DNA of 64,000 bases from SAR86 cluster bacterium SAR86E (GCA_000307935.1 AMWX01000001.1:329899-393898); one strand, 5' to 3'; numbered from the stretch's first letter, positions 9,783 through 19,326 are shown. Notes: generated by a model not told the origin, from the sequence alone. Program-made: numbers and translations.

Positions 9783-11093
9783 ATGACTTTCAAAGAACTC
9801 GGATTATCCGATCCAATTTTAAGATCACTGGAAGATCTTCAGCATACTGAACCATCAGAGATTCAAAGACAGGCAATTCCTTTAATTTTATCTGGTAAAA
9901 ATGTAATGGCGGCAGCACAAACCGGAACCGGAAAAACTGGCAGTTTTGTTTTACCAATGATTGAGTTACTTCAAAATCATGCAAAACCCTACCGCAAACA
10001 TGTTCATGCTCTAGTCTTAACCCCCACAAGAGAGCTTGCAGCGCAGGTCAGGGAAAATGTTTATACATATGGAAAATTTACCTCCATCACTTCAGCAGCT
10101 ATATTTGGTGGTGCTAAAATTTTTCCACAAAAATCTAAACTCAAGAAAGGTTTAGATATTTTGGTCGCAACGCCTGGCAGATTATTAGATTTGCATAATC
10201 AAAAGGCAGTTAAACTTAATCAGATTCAAATCCTTGTTCTTGATGAGGCGGATCATATGTTAGACATGGGTTTTATTCACGACATCAAGAAAATTATTGC
10301 TCTTACTCCTTCTGATAGACAAAATTTACTCTTTTCAGCTACCTTTTCACCTGAAATTAAAAAACTTGCCAAGACTCTTGGGTCCGATCTTGTTGAAATA
10401 GCATCTGAATCAGCCAACACCACAGTCAATGCAATCAAACAAATTGTTTATAAGGTGGATAGAAATCAAAAATCTAACCTATTAAGCCACCTTATCCACT
10501 CTGAGCAATGGCCTCAAGCTTTGGTATTTTCAAGAACAAAGCATGGGTCTGAAAAAATTGCAAAGAAACTCATCGCCTCTGAAATAAAAACTGCCACGAT
10601 TCATGGAGACAAAACTCAGGGTGCTAGAACTAGAGCTCTTAGAGAATTCAAAGAAAAAGATGTACAGGTCCTTGTAGCAACAGATGTTGCCGCTCGAGGA
10701 ATAGACATAAGCAATCTTCCATATGTTGTAAATTTCGATATGCCGACTTATCCAAATGACTATATTCATAGAATTGGTCGGACTGGACGTGCAGGAAAGC
10801 AAGGTACTGCCATTTCTTTTTTAAGCATAGAAGAACATAAATTTTTAAGAGGAATTGAAGAGTTGATTGGTGCAAAAATTCAACAAAAAATTGAAGAGGG
10901 TTTTAGACCTCTCGAAAAAAAGGATAGTGAAAAACGCAGTGATAACTTTAAAAGCAAGAAGTCAGGGTACAAAAAAAGACAAGCAACAAAAAAAGTTAAA
11001 ACAAATTTTAAAAAATCTGAAACCAATTCTAACAAAAATAAAAAGAAAGGATCTAAAGCTAAAACTCGATGGAAGAAAGGGAAAGGCTCCTAA
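9783..11093 (+). CDS. rhlE: DEAD-box RNA helicase (RhlE-like)
   Basis: AQTGTGKT, PTRELA, DEAD, SAT and HRIGRTGR motifs; basic tail. Confidence 0.88.
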   Translation: MTFKELGLSDPILRSLEDLQHTEPSEIQRQAIPLILSGKNVMAAAQTGTGKTGSFVLPMIELLQNHAKPYRKHVHALVLTPTRELAAQVRENVYTYGKFTSITSAAIFGGAKIFPQKSKLKKGLDILVATPGRLLDLHNQKAVKLNQIQILVLDEADHMLDMGFIHDIKKIIALTPSDRQNLLFSATFSPEIKKLAKTLGSDLVEIASESANTTVNAIKQIVYKVDRNQKSNLLSHLIHSEQWPQALVFSRTKHGSEKIAKKLIASEIKTATIHGDKTQGARTRALREFKEKDVQVLVATDVAARGIDISNLPYVVNFDMPTYPNDYIHRIGRTGRAGKQGTAISFLSIEEHKFLRGIEELIGAKIQQKIEEGFRPLEKKDSEKRSDNFKSKKSGYKKRQATKKVKTNFKKSETNSNKNKKKGSKAKTRWKKGKGS

Positions 11094-11680
11094 GCGTGTT
11101 TGCCTGGTTGCCAGGAAATTTTTCTAAGCAATTTTAATGCTGAGCTGCTTGCATCATCCTCTATTGATGTGGCCATGACATCATTCCATCTATTCAAATA
11201 GCCAAATAAGGCAATCACTCCCATTATTTCAACTACATCTTCATCAGACCAATGATAATGCAAATCTTTCTCGGTATCCTTACTTACGTTTACTGGCACT
11301 AAACTAGCCTCTTGTGCAAATCTTAATGCAGCCTTCTCCTTGTCGCTGAAACAATCTTGATTAGCAAAATCCCACACATTACTCAATCTTTGTTCGCTTG
11401 AACCATAACGTTCAGCAGCTCTAATCGTATGAGCTTGGCAATATCTACACCCAGTAGCATTGCTACTTATAAAAGCTATTAATCTTTTAAACTCCGAGGT
11501 CAATTCCCCATGATTTTCCATTACAGCCATGTTTAATTGCACAAAAGCTTTGGCAATGTTGGGTCTTCTTTGCATTGTTAAAACAGAATTAGGACAAAAG
11601 CCTAATGTTTCATTAAAAAAATCTACCAACTCTTTAACTTGGGGATCTGTGATATCAATTAATGGGTCTACTAAAGGCAT
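11090..11680 (-). CDS. AhpD / carboxymuconolactone decarboxylase family peroxidase-related protein
   Basis: GCRYCQAH motif; GFCPNS; FGYLNRWN. Confidence 0.87.
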   Translation of the reverse strand: MPLVDPLIDITDPQVKELVDFFNETLGFCPNSVLTMQRRPNIAKAFVQLNMAVMENHGELTSEFKRLIAFISSNATGCRYCQAHTIRAAERYGSSEQRLSNVWDFANQDCFSDKEKAALRFAQEASLVPVNVSKDTEKDLHYHWSDEDVVEIMGVIALFGYLNRWNDVMATSIEDDASSSALKLLRKISWQPGKHA

Positions 11681-11762
11681 TGTTAAACTTTACCATGATA
11701 ATTTTGAAAGCTTAAAAGTTAAAAACTTGCATGGTAAAAAAATTAACACTAAAATTGATATC

Positions 11763-11817
11763 AGCACCGATTTGAATTCAGCTTGCGGGTGCTTTATAAA
11801 TTCAGCTAAATAGAAGG
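11763..11817 (+). ncRNA. SAM-II riboswitch aptamer
   Basis: P1 AGCACC(11763-68)/GGTGCT(11788-93); GATTT loop, TTGC and 3' ATAAA..GCTAAA match the SAM-II consensus; upstream of metB. Confidence 0.85.
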
Positions 11818-11820
11818 ATA

Positions 11821-11855
11821 AAAACCTATCTAGCAAAGCAGATGGGTTTTTTTTT
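11821..11855 (+). terminator. Intrinsic terminator acting as the riboswitch expression platform
   Basis: AAAACCTATCT...AGATGGGTTTT stem followed by a T run. Confidence 0.8.
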
Positions 11856-11892
11856 GCCTACCTATTTTATAAATGGCTTGAGGGTATTTGCT

Positions 11893-13050
11893 ATGAAAAA
11901 GAAATTAAATAAAGAAACGATTGCCGCTAGAGCTGGAATTGATACAGATCTTCAACATAAAGCAATAGTACCGCCAATATACCTTTCAACAAATTATGTA
12001 TTTCAAGAGGTTGGAGAAAATCAACCTTATGAATATACACGAGAAGGAAACCCTACAAGAGATCATTTAATAAATGCTCTCTCAAAACTTGAGGAAGGAG
12101 TAGGTGGAGAAGTGACTAGCTCAGGCATGTCTGCTATTGCTTTGATAGCTAATATACTCGAGCTGAATAGCAAAGTAATACTTCCTCATGACTGTTATGG
12201 AGGCACATTTAGATTATTTTCTTCTTTGGCAAAAAAAGGAATGCTGGAAGTTCATTTTGTGGATCAAGGAGAGGAAAAGTTTGTAAATGAAACTATCGAT
12301 GAAATTAAGCCTGATCTAATTTGGATTGAAACACCATCAAATCCTTTGTTGCAAGTTGTTGATGTAGAGAAAATTTCAAAAAAAGCAAAAACTATTAATG
12401 CTTTGGTTGCCGCAGATAATACTTTCTTGTCGCCAGCTCTCCAAAATCCATTAATACTTGGTGCAGATATTGTTGTTCACTCAACAACAAAATACATAAA
12501 CGGTCATTCTGATCTTGTCGGAGGTGCTGTAATTACCAATAATGAAGAAGTATTACTGAGACTTAAATTTTGGGCTAATAACCTTGGCTTGACTGGGGCT
12601 CCATTTGATAGCTATCTCACTTTGCGAGGTCTCAGAACACTGGGTATAAGAATGGAAAAGCATGAAAAAAATGCAGCTTCAATAGTTGAAATGTTATTGG
12701 ATCATTCAAAAGTTGAGTCAGTCTATTATCCTGGATTGCTTCAACATCCATCTCATGAAATTGCTAAAAAACAACAACATGGTTATGGAGGCATGTTGAG
12801 CTTTACCGTTCAAGGCGGGCTATCTTCGGTGAAGAAATTTGTAAAAGAGGTTGATATTCTATCCTTTGCAGAATCTCTTGGAGGGTTTGAAAGCTTGATT
12901 ACTCATCCATTTACTATGTCGCATGCAGTATTGTCTCCAGAAGAAAAAGAAAAAATTGGAATCACAGAGGGTTTGATTAGAATTTCTGCTGGGCTTGAGG
13001 ACACTGCAGATTTGATTGATGCAATTAGTGCTGGATTAAAGAAAATATAA
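11893..13050 (+). CDS. metB: Cystathionine gamma-synthase / trans-sulfuration PLP enzyme
   Basis: PPIYLS, YTREGNPT, ETPSNP, VVHSTTKYINGHSD and AESLGG motifs; GAGG RBS before ATG 11893. Confidence 0.88.
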   Translation: MKKKLNKETIAARAGIDTDLQHKAIVPPIYLSTNYVFQEVGENQPYEYTREGNPTRDHLINALSKLEEGVGGEVTSSGMSAIALIANILELNSKVILPHDCYGGTFRLFSSLAKKGMLEVHFVDQGEEKFVNETIDEIKPDLIWIETPSNPLLQVVDVEKISKKAKTINALVAADNTFLSPALQNPLILGADIVVHSTTKYINGHSDLVGGAVITNNEEVLLRLKFWANNLGLTGAPFDSYLTLRGLRTLGIRMEKHEKNAASIVEMLLDHSKVESVYYPGLLQHPSHEIAKKQQHGYGGMLSFTVQGGLSSVKKFVKEVDILSFAESLGGFESLITHPFTMSHAVLSPEEKEKIGITEGLIRISAGLEDTADLIDAISAGLKKI

Positions 13051-13070
13051 CTGCAAAGAAGAACTAGTGT

Positions 13071-13379
13071 TTATTCAGAATCTTCATTGGCTTGATTGTT
13101 TTCAATTTTAGAAATTTCTTTATCAACGCAATCAAAATAGCCAGCTTGCTCACTGTAATAACCGTCACTAGATACCACCCCTTTGTCCTTCTTCATTCTG
13201 AGCGGTGGCCCCTGAGGCGCCATGCCCATGCATGATGTCATGGCAGCACCCACATATCCTTCCACTCCAATTTGAGAGTATGGATTTTTTGCTGCTAAAA
13301 AAGGATCAATTTTTTTTGCTTGACATCCACCCACCAAGACGCAAATAACAAAAAATGTTATAACTTCAGAGGTATTCAT
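13071..13379 (-). CDS. Hypothetical lipoprotein
   Basis: Lipobox-like LVGGC after a hydrophobic stretch. Confidence 0.6.
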   Translation of the reverse strand: MNTSEVITFFVICVLVGGCQAKKIDPFLAAKNPYSQIGVEGYVGAAMTSCMGMAPQGPPLRMKKDKGVVSSDGYYSEQAGYFDCVDKEISKIENNQANEDSE

Positions 13380-13506
13380 TTAAATTAAAAAAACAAAATT
13401 AATAATATTTTTATAGCACATTAAGTTTCTGGCGAAAAGATAAAAAATCTCATAATTAATAAGTTGCATAATACTAATTATATGTTTATTGTGAATTTAG
13501 ATATTC

Positions 13507-13563
13507 CTATAAGAAAAGGAGATTTCCTGTACCTTATAGCTAATTTGGAGGGGAGCCAAATTA
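13507..13563 (+). promoter_or_regulatory. Two adjacent inverted repeats in the oxidoreductase operon leader; the second encloses the RBS
   Basis: CTATAAG/CTTATAG with inner AGGA/TCCT; TAATTTGG/CCAAATTA around AGGGGAG. Confidence 0.5.
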
Positions 13564-13564
13564 T

Positions 13565-15568
13565 ATGGATACAAAATACTTATTTAAAAGGCATAACACT
13601 TATTGGGTCAAGGTTGCAGTTCCAAAGGACCTTCGTAAAGAACTAGGTTTTGATCTTAGATCATCTTTACATACACATGATCTTATTGAAGCTCAGAAAC
13701 TAAGAAATTCAATTGTTGATGAATATAAAGCTCTAATATTTTCGACCAAAGAAAGGCTTAAAAAAACAAATCAAAAGAGCTCAGTTAAGACATTCATGCC
13801 AGTGACTGATACTTCTAATCCTCAGTACTACCACAAAGTAGTTGACTGTCAGTATGCTTGCCCTGCTCATACTCCGGTTCCAGAATATATAAGAAAAATC
13901 TCACAGCATGAATATACAGAGGCTTATATGATCAACTGGGAATCCAATGTATTTCCAGGGATTCTCGGTCGAACATGTGATCGGCCATGTGAGCCTGCTT
14001 GTAGGAGGACAAGAACTCATGAAAAACCTGTTGCTATTTGCAGATTAAAAAGGGTAGCAGCTGATTTTAAGGATGACGTATCGAATTTACTACCCAAGGC
14101 TCTAAAGAAATCTAATGGTAAAAAAATAGCTCTTATAGGTGGTGGTCCAGCCTCTTTAACTGTAGCAAGAGACCTATTAGTAATGGGGTATGAATGCACT
14201 CTTTTTGAAAAAGATCCGCAAGCCGGTGGATTAATGAGAACCAATATCCCTTCATTTAGACTGCCAGAAAAAGTACTTAATGAAGAAGTTAATCAAATTC
14301 TAGATATGGGGCTGATAACAAAATTCAATTCCGAAATTAAATCTCTTAAAGAGTTTTTGACAAAAGATTTTGATGCTGTTTTTATTGGTACTGGAGCTCC
14401 TAAGGGTAAAGATTTAAATATTCCAGGAAGAAAAGAAGCAGAAAAAAACATACATATAGGTATAGACTTTCTTACAAGCATTGCGTTTGAACACATTGAT
14501 TCAATTGGAAAAAGAGTGATTGTTCTTGGCGGTGGTAACACTGCAATGGACTGCTGTAGATCTTCATTGAGATTAGGTGCGGAAGAAGTAAAAGTGATTG
14601 TAAGAAGCCCTTTCTCACAAATGAAAGCGTCTGAATGGGAAATTGAGGATGCTATGGAAGAAAATATTCCAATCCTTGAGAACCATGTCCCCAAAAAATT
14701 TATTCATAATTCTGGGAAGCTTGTTGGCATGGAGTTTGAGAAAGTTGAAGCTATTTTTGACGAAGCAGGAAATCGCACGCTAGTTCCTACTGATGATGAC
14801 CCAATTGTCGTGGATTGCGATGACGTACTTGTTGCGATTGGACAGGACAATTCTTTTGAATGGATCGAACGGGATATGGGAATTGAATTTGGAGAATGGG
14901 ATATGCCAGTTGTAAATCCAGTCACATTTCAATCAACTCATCCTAAAATATTTTTTGGCGGTGATGCTGCATGGGGTCCTGAAAATATTATTTGGGCAGC
15001 TGCTCATGGACATCAAGCTGCAATTTCAATCCATAAGTTTTGTGAAAATGAAGACCTTCTCGATAGACCAAGTCCCGGTGTTAATCTTGTCAGTCAAAAA
15101 ATGGGATTGCATGAATGGTCATATGATAATGATATATCTCAAGCCAAAAGATTTAAGGTCCCAAAAGCTAATCAAGATATTTCCCTTAAAAGTTTAAAAA
15201 TTGAAGTTGAAAAAGGGTTTGATGCAAATCTTGCTATGGATGAAGCTCAAAGATGCCTTAATTGTGATGTTCAAACTGTTTTTTCTGAGAGCTTATGCAT
15301 TGAGTGTGACGCATGTGTTGATATTTGTCCTACAGATTGTATTAATTTTATGTTTAATGGATTGGAAGACGACGTTAGAAAAAATACGAGGATTCCTGCG
15401 TTAAATATTGAGCAAGATCTTCTAGTTTCAAAGATTCTACCAACAAAAAGAACAATGATTAAAGATGAGGATGTATGTCTGCATTGTGGGTTATGCGCCG
15501 AGAGATGCCCTACAGGTGCGTGGGACATGCAAACGTTCTTGTATGAAGAAGCAAAGGTATATTCATGA
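13565..15568 (+). CDS. GltD/SudA-like FAD/NAD(P)H Fe-S oxidoreductase (KorC-type) with N-terminal DUF6538-like domain and C-terminal 2[4Fe-4S] domain
   Basis: CQYACPAH, GRTCDRPCE, GGGPA, GGGNTAMD, CIECDACVDICP and CLHCGLCAERCP; residues 1-60 resemble an integrase arm domain. Confidence 0.88.
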   Translation: MDTKYLFKRHNTYWVKVAVPKDLRKELGFDLRSSLHTHDLIEAQKLRNSIVDEYKALIFSTKERLKKTNQKSSVKTFMPVTDTSNPQYYHKVVDCQYACPAHTPVPEYIRKISQHEYTEAYMINWESNVFPGILGRTCDRPCEPACRRTRTHEKPVAICRLKRVAADFKDDVSNLLPKALKKSNGKKIALIGGGPASLTVARDLLVMGYECTLFEKDPQAGGLMRTNIPSFRLPEKVLNEEVNQILDMGLITKFNSEIKSLKEFLTKDFDAVFIGTGAPKGKDLNIPGRKEAEKNIHIGIDFLTSIAFEHIDSIGKRVIVLGGGNTAMDCCRSSLRLGAEEVKVIVRSPFSQMKASEWEIEDAMEENIPILENHVPKKFIHNSGKLVGMEFEKVEAIFDEAGNRTLVPTDDDPIVVDCDDVLVAIGQDNSFEWIERDMGIEFGEWDMPVVNPVTFQSTHPKIFFGGDAAWGPENIIWAAAHGHQAAISIHKFCENEDLLDRPSPGVNLVSQKMGLHEWSYDNDISQAKRFKVPKANQDISLKSLKIEVEKGFDANLAMDEAQRCLNCDVQTVFSESLCIECDACVDICPTDCINFMFNGLEDDVRKNTRIPALNIEQDLLVSKILPTKRTMIKDEDVCLHCGLCAERCPTGAWDMQTFLYEEAKVYS

Positions 15569-17397
15569 ATAAAATTTCATCAACCAATGAATTTGTTATT
15601 AAATTCGCAAATGTAAATGGTTCTGGATCAGCAAGTGCAAATCAGATGTTTGCCAAAGGAGTTTTTAGGTCTGGTATTCCTGTAAGTCCAAAAAATATTT
15701 TCCCATCTAATATTCAAGGTTTGCCAACCTGGTTTGAAATTAGAGTAAGTGCTAAAGGTTATTTGGGGCGAAAAGCTGGGATTGATTTTATGGTAGCAAT
15801 GAACCCACAATCATATAATCAAGATGTAGCGGAGCTAAACTCTGGCGGCTACCTATTATACGACTCATCATGGAAAAGAGACTTTAACAGAGAGGATATA
15901 AATATTATTGAGGTCCCCTTAACAGCCCTGTGTGTTGAAGAATTCCCTAATCCCAAAACAAGATTACTATTTAAAAATTTAGTTTATGTTGGGGTGCTTT
16001 CTAATTTAATGAAAATTAATAAAAATATTTTTATTGAATTAATACATGAGCAATTTCAAGGTAAAGAAAAACTAATTGCGCCTAATATTCAAGCTCTTGA
16101 ACTTGGCTTTGCATATGCAGAGAAAAATCTCAATGATGCTTGTGATATCTCTGTTAAAGAAGAAGACTTGACCAAGGGAATGATTCTTACCAATGGAAAT
16201 AATGCTGGAGGCTTAGGTTGTGTTTATGGAGGTGCGACTGTCTGCGCTTGGTATCCTATCACCCCATCAACTTCATTGGCTGAGTCATATAAGAAATATT
16301 GTGATCAATTTAGAGTTGATGAAAAGACTGGAAAAAATAAATTTGCTTTTGTTCAGGCAGAAGATGAGCTTTCTTCAATTGGCATGGCTATCGGTGCAAA
16401 TTGGAATGGCGCAAGAGCATTCACTGCGACAAGTGGGCCGGGTATTTCCCTGATGACTGAATTTGTTGGGTTAGCTTATTTTGCAGAAATACCTGTAGTT
16501 ATATTTAATATACAAAGAGGTGGTCCTTCCACAGGAATGCCTACCAGAACTCAGCAATCAGATATCCTGTCTTGCGCTTATGCCTCTCATGGGGATACAA
16601 AGCATGTGATGCTTATTCCAGCAGATCCAAAAGAGTGTTTTGAGTTTGCTGCCGATTCATTCGACATATCTGATCGACTTCAAACACCAGTATTTGTTTT
16701 ATCAGATCTTGATATAGGAATGAATGACTGGACATGCCCAGAATTTGAATGGGACGATAAGAGAAAATTTGATAGAGGAAAAGTTCTATCTAAGAACGAT
16801 CTAGATGAATTAGATTCGTGGGGCAGATATTTAGACATTGATGGTGATGGTATCCCATACAGAACCTTACCAGGAACTCATCCAGAAAAAGGAGCATATT
16901 TTACAAGAGGAAGCTCTCATGATGAATATGCTAGATATATTGAGGATGGGGAGATAAACGCAAAGAACCTTTCAAGAATTCTTAAAAAATTTGCCGGCGC
17001 CTATAGCTATTTACCTAAGCCAACCTATAAGCAGGATACAAACGCTAGTTCTAAAGGGCTTATTTATTTTGGAAGCACTGAAGCTGCTATGCAAGAATCT
17101 CTAGATCTACTTTCTTCTTTCGGCTATCCAATAGATGCAATGAGGATAAGATCCTTTCCGTTTGGGCCTGAAGTCTGGGATTTTATTGATCAACATGAAT
17201 CGGTATATATCGTTGAACAAAATAGAGATGCGCAAATGAGAATCTTAATAATGGCAGAGGGTGAAATTAATCCGTTAAAGTTAATCTCGATTCTATGTTT
17301 TGATGGCGCCCCCATTACAGCAAAATTTATTTCAGAATCAATTATTGAGCATTTAGATGAACAAAATATCTCTCAAACAGCTGAGAAAATAAAATGA
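15565..17397 (+). CDS. 2-oxoacid:acceptor oxidoreductase alpha subunit (gamma-alpha fusion)
   Basis: NVNGSGS, YPITPST, QAEDE, ATSGPG and QRGGPSTGMPT motifs. Confidence 0.93.
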   Translation: MNKISSTNEFVIKFANVNGSGSASANQMFAKGVFRSGIPVSPKNIFPSNIQGLPTWFEIRVSAKGYLGRKAGIDFMVAMNPQSYNQDVAELNSGGYLLYDSSWKRDFNREDINIIEVPLTALCVEEFPNPKTRLLFKNLVYVGVLSNLMKINKNIFIELIHEQFQGKEKLIAPNIQALELGFAYAEKNLNDACDISVKEEDLTKGMILTNGNNAGGLGCVYGGATVCAWYPITPSTSLAESYKKYCDQFRVDEKTGKNKFAFVQAEDELSSIGMAIGANWNGARAFTATSGPGISLMTEFVGLAYFAEIPVVIFNIQRGGPSTGMPTRTQQSDILSCAYASHGDTKHVMLIPADPKECFEFAADSFDISDRLQTPVFVLSDLDIGMNDWTCPEFEWDDKRKFDRGKVLSKNDLDELDSWGRYLDIDGDGIPYRTLPGTHPEKGAYFTRGSSHDEYARYIEDGEINAKNLSRILKKFAGAYSYLPKPTYKQDTNASSKGLIYFGSTEAAMQESLDLLSSFGYPIDAMRIRSFPFGPEVWDFIDQHESVYIVEQNRDAQMRILIMAEGEINPLKLISILCFDGAPITAKFISESIIEHLDEQNISQTAEKIK

Positions 17398-18449
17398 CCT
17401 ATATTATAAAGCCTGCAAATCATCACCCAAATCTTGAAAGAAATGAGCTTGGGCTAACAAGGAGAGATTATGAGGGAACAATATCAACCTTGTGCGCTGG
17501 CTGCGGGCATGACTCAATAAGTGCAGCTGTAATAGAGGCTTGTTATCAGTTAAGTTTGTCTTCGGATCAGATTGCCAAACTGTCAGGAATAGGCTGCTCT
17601 TCAAAATCACCCTCATATTTTTTAAATCAGGCTCATGGATTTAATTCAGTACATGGCAGAATGCCATCGGTTGCTACTGGAGCAAATCTTGGAAATCAAG
17701 ATTTGCTGTATATGGGTGTTTCAGGAGATGGAGATACTGCTGGCATAGGTATAGGCCAGTTTATGCATGCAGCAAGAAGACAATTAAATATCACATATAT
17801 AGTTGAAAATAATGGAACATATGGCCTGACCAAAGGTCAGTTTTCTGCTACGAATGATCAAGGCGCTAAAAGCAAATATGGTGAAGAAAACCTTTTTGCA
17901 CCAATTGACCTTCCAACTATGGCAATTCAATTAGGGGCTGGGTTTGTTGGAAGAAGTTTCTCAGGTGATAAAGATCAATTGGTCCCCCTTCTTAAGGCTG
18001 CAATGCAATTTAAAGGTTTTTCACTTATAGATATCATTTCACCATGTGTTACTTTTAATAATCATGTGGGCTCAACAAAAAGTTATGACCATATAAGAGA
18101 ACATAATGAATCAGTATCTAGTCTTGATTTTGTTCCAATTGGTGAGGAAATTAAGGCTTCATACAAAGAAGGGAGCAAAATAGATGTGCCCTTGCACGAT
18201 GGAGCTATAATTACCTTGGAAAAACTCTCAAAGAAATATAATCCTCTTGATAAAGGCAAAGCCATTCAGGGGCTCAATGAGGCAGAAAAAGACGGCAAAG
18301 TTTTAACTGGATTACTATACATTAATCCAAAAGTTAAAGATCATGCAGAGATTCTAAATATTGCCAATACGCCGCTGAATCAATTCAAAGAAGCAGATCT
18401 ATGCCCAGGAAAATCTAAGCTTGCACAAATTAATGCAAGCTTAAATTGA
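17394..18449 (+). CDS. 2-oxoacid:ferredoxin oxidoreductase beta subunit
   Basis: LCAGCGH, SGIGCS, HGR, GDGD TPP motif, YGLTKGQ and SPC. Confidence 0.93.
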   Translation: MTYIIKPANHHPNLERNELGLTRRDYEGTISTLCAGCGHDSISAAVIEACYQLSLSSDQIAKLSGIGCSSKSPSYFLNQAHGFNSVHGRMPSVATGANLGNQDLLYMGVSGDGDTAGIGIGQFMHAARRQLNITYIVENNGTYGLTKGQFSATNDQGAKSKYGEENLFAPIDLPTMAIQLGAGFVGRSFSGDKDQLVPLLKAAMQFKGFSLIDIISPCVTFNNHVGSTKSYDHIREHNESVSSLDFVPIGEEIKASYKEGSKIDVPLHDGAIITLEKLSKKYNPLDKGKAIQGLNEAEKDGKVLTGLLYINPKVKDHAEILNIANTPLNQFKEADLCPGKSKLAQINASLN

Positions 18450-18480
18450 GATCAAACTTTATTTAATAAACTAACTGAAG

Positions 18481-18924
18481 TTAATTCTTTACTGCAGCTG
18501 CCATAGATCCAGTATCATCAAATGCTGTAAAGCTTTCAATAATTCCATCTTCCACTCTAAACATGTGCAATGTTTCTGTTTCCAATCCATCAGCGGTCAT
18601 ATCTGAATGAACAAATACCATATTGCCATCTGAATACATTGCTTTGTGCTGGATATTGAAATTTGGCCAATGAACAGATATTGGTTCAAAAACATTTTTT
18701 ATTACTGCCTCTGGGCCCACATGTCGCCCTGAAGTTGGAATATTTCCAAAGACTGTAAAGGTTAAATCGCTTGAATGTAACTCTGTCCAGGCCTCGGTAT
18801 CCCCTGAAGCAAAGGTTGCATACGCTTTTTTAACAACTGAGATAGCGTCATTGGCATGTTCATGATGACCAGCTTGAGTGGAAATTGCTGCAATTAAAAT
18901 AAAAGATAAAATCATATTTTTCAT
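18481..18924 (-). CDS. Secreted NTF2/SnoaL-like protein
   Basis: Signal peptide then GHHEH; SnoaL-type pattern (YATFASGD, HMFRVEDG, FDDT). Confidence 0.8.
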   Translation of the reverse strand: MKNMILSFILIAAISTQAGHHEHANDAISVVKKAYATFASGDTEAWTELHSSDLTFTVFGNIPTSGRHVGPEAVIKNVFEPISVHWPNFNIQHKAMYSDGNMVFVHSDMTADGLETETLHMFRVEDGIIESFTAFDDTGSMAAAVKN

Positions 18925-18987
18925 AAATGTACTCCAAAATTGATCTGAATTAATATTTTTCAGTATATCAATAATAAATATAAAACA

Positions 18988-19230
18988 TTAATGTTTATTC
19001 TGATCGTGCGATCTGTGACGACCAACGCTAAATGATCTTTTAGCTAAATGTTTTGTTGCTCTTCCTTGAACTCTTTTACGCCATAATTTATATGACGATG
19101 GTTTGAGAGAAGAACGCATAAGTTCTTTTACGCCCTGTTCATTGAGATTGAACTGCTCATTAATAGCATCAAAAGGAGTTCTATCTTCCCATGCCATTTC
19201 TATAATCCTTGATATATCTGACTTTTCCAT
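18988..19230 (-). CDS. TIGR03643 / DUF2805 family protein
   Basis: RIIEMAWEDRTPF and LWRKRV signature. Confidence 0.88.
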   Translation of the reverse strand: MEKSDISRIIEMAWEDRTPFDAINEQFNLNEQGVKELMRSSLKPSSYKLWRKRVQGRATKHLAKRSFSVGRHRSHDQNKH

Positions 19231-19326
19231 ATTTTAATTATAGATTAATTCAAAGATTGTGATTGCATGAAAGACATAATATGAGTATCTTGCATTAGCT
19301 TGATTTAAACTTAGCGTATCCAAAGA

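Noticed and set aside
11856..11892. Second (SAM-V) aptamer forming a tandem riboswitch
   Set aside because: Only about 37 nt between terminator and ATG, with no matching consensus
11842..11892. N-terminal extension of MetB given in the ORF track
   Set aside because: That ATG lies within the terminator stem; the RBS supports 11893
14017..15528. Many 60-130 aa antisense and alternate-frame ORFs here and throughout the window
   Set aside because: Shadows of well-supported genes, with no recognisable motifs or RBS
13380..18449. Prophage or integrative element suggested by the integrase-like N-terminus
   Set aside because: No tyrosine recombinase catalytic domain, att repeats, adjacent tRNA or phage genes; the domain is in frame with a metabolic enzyme
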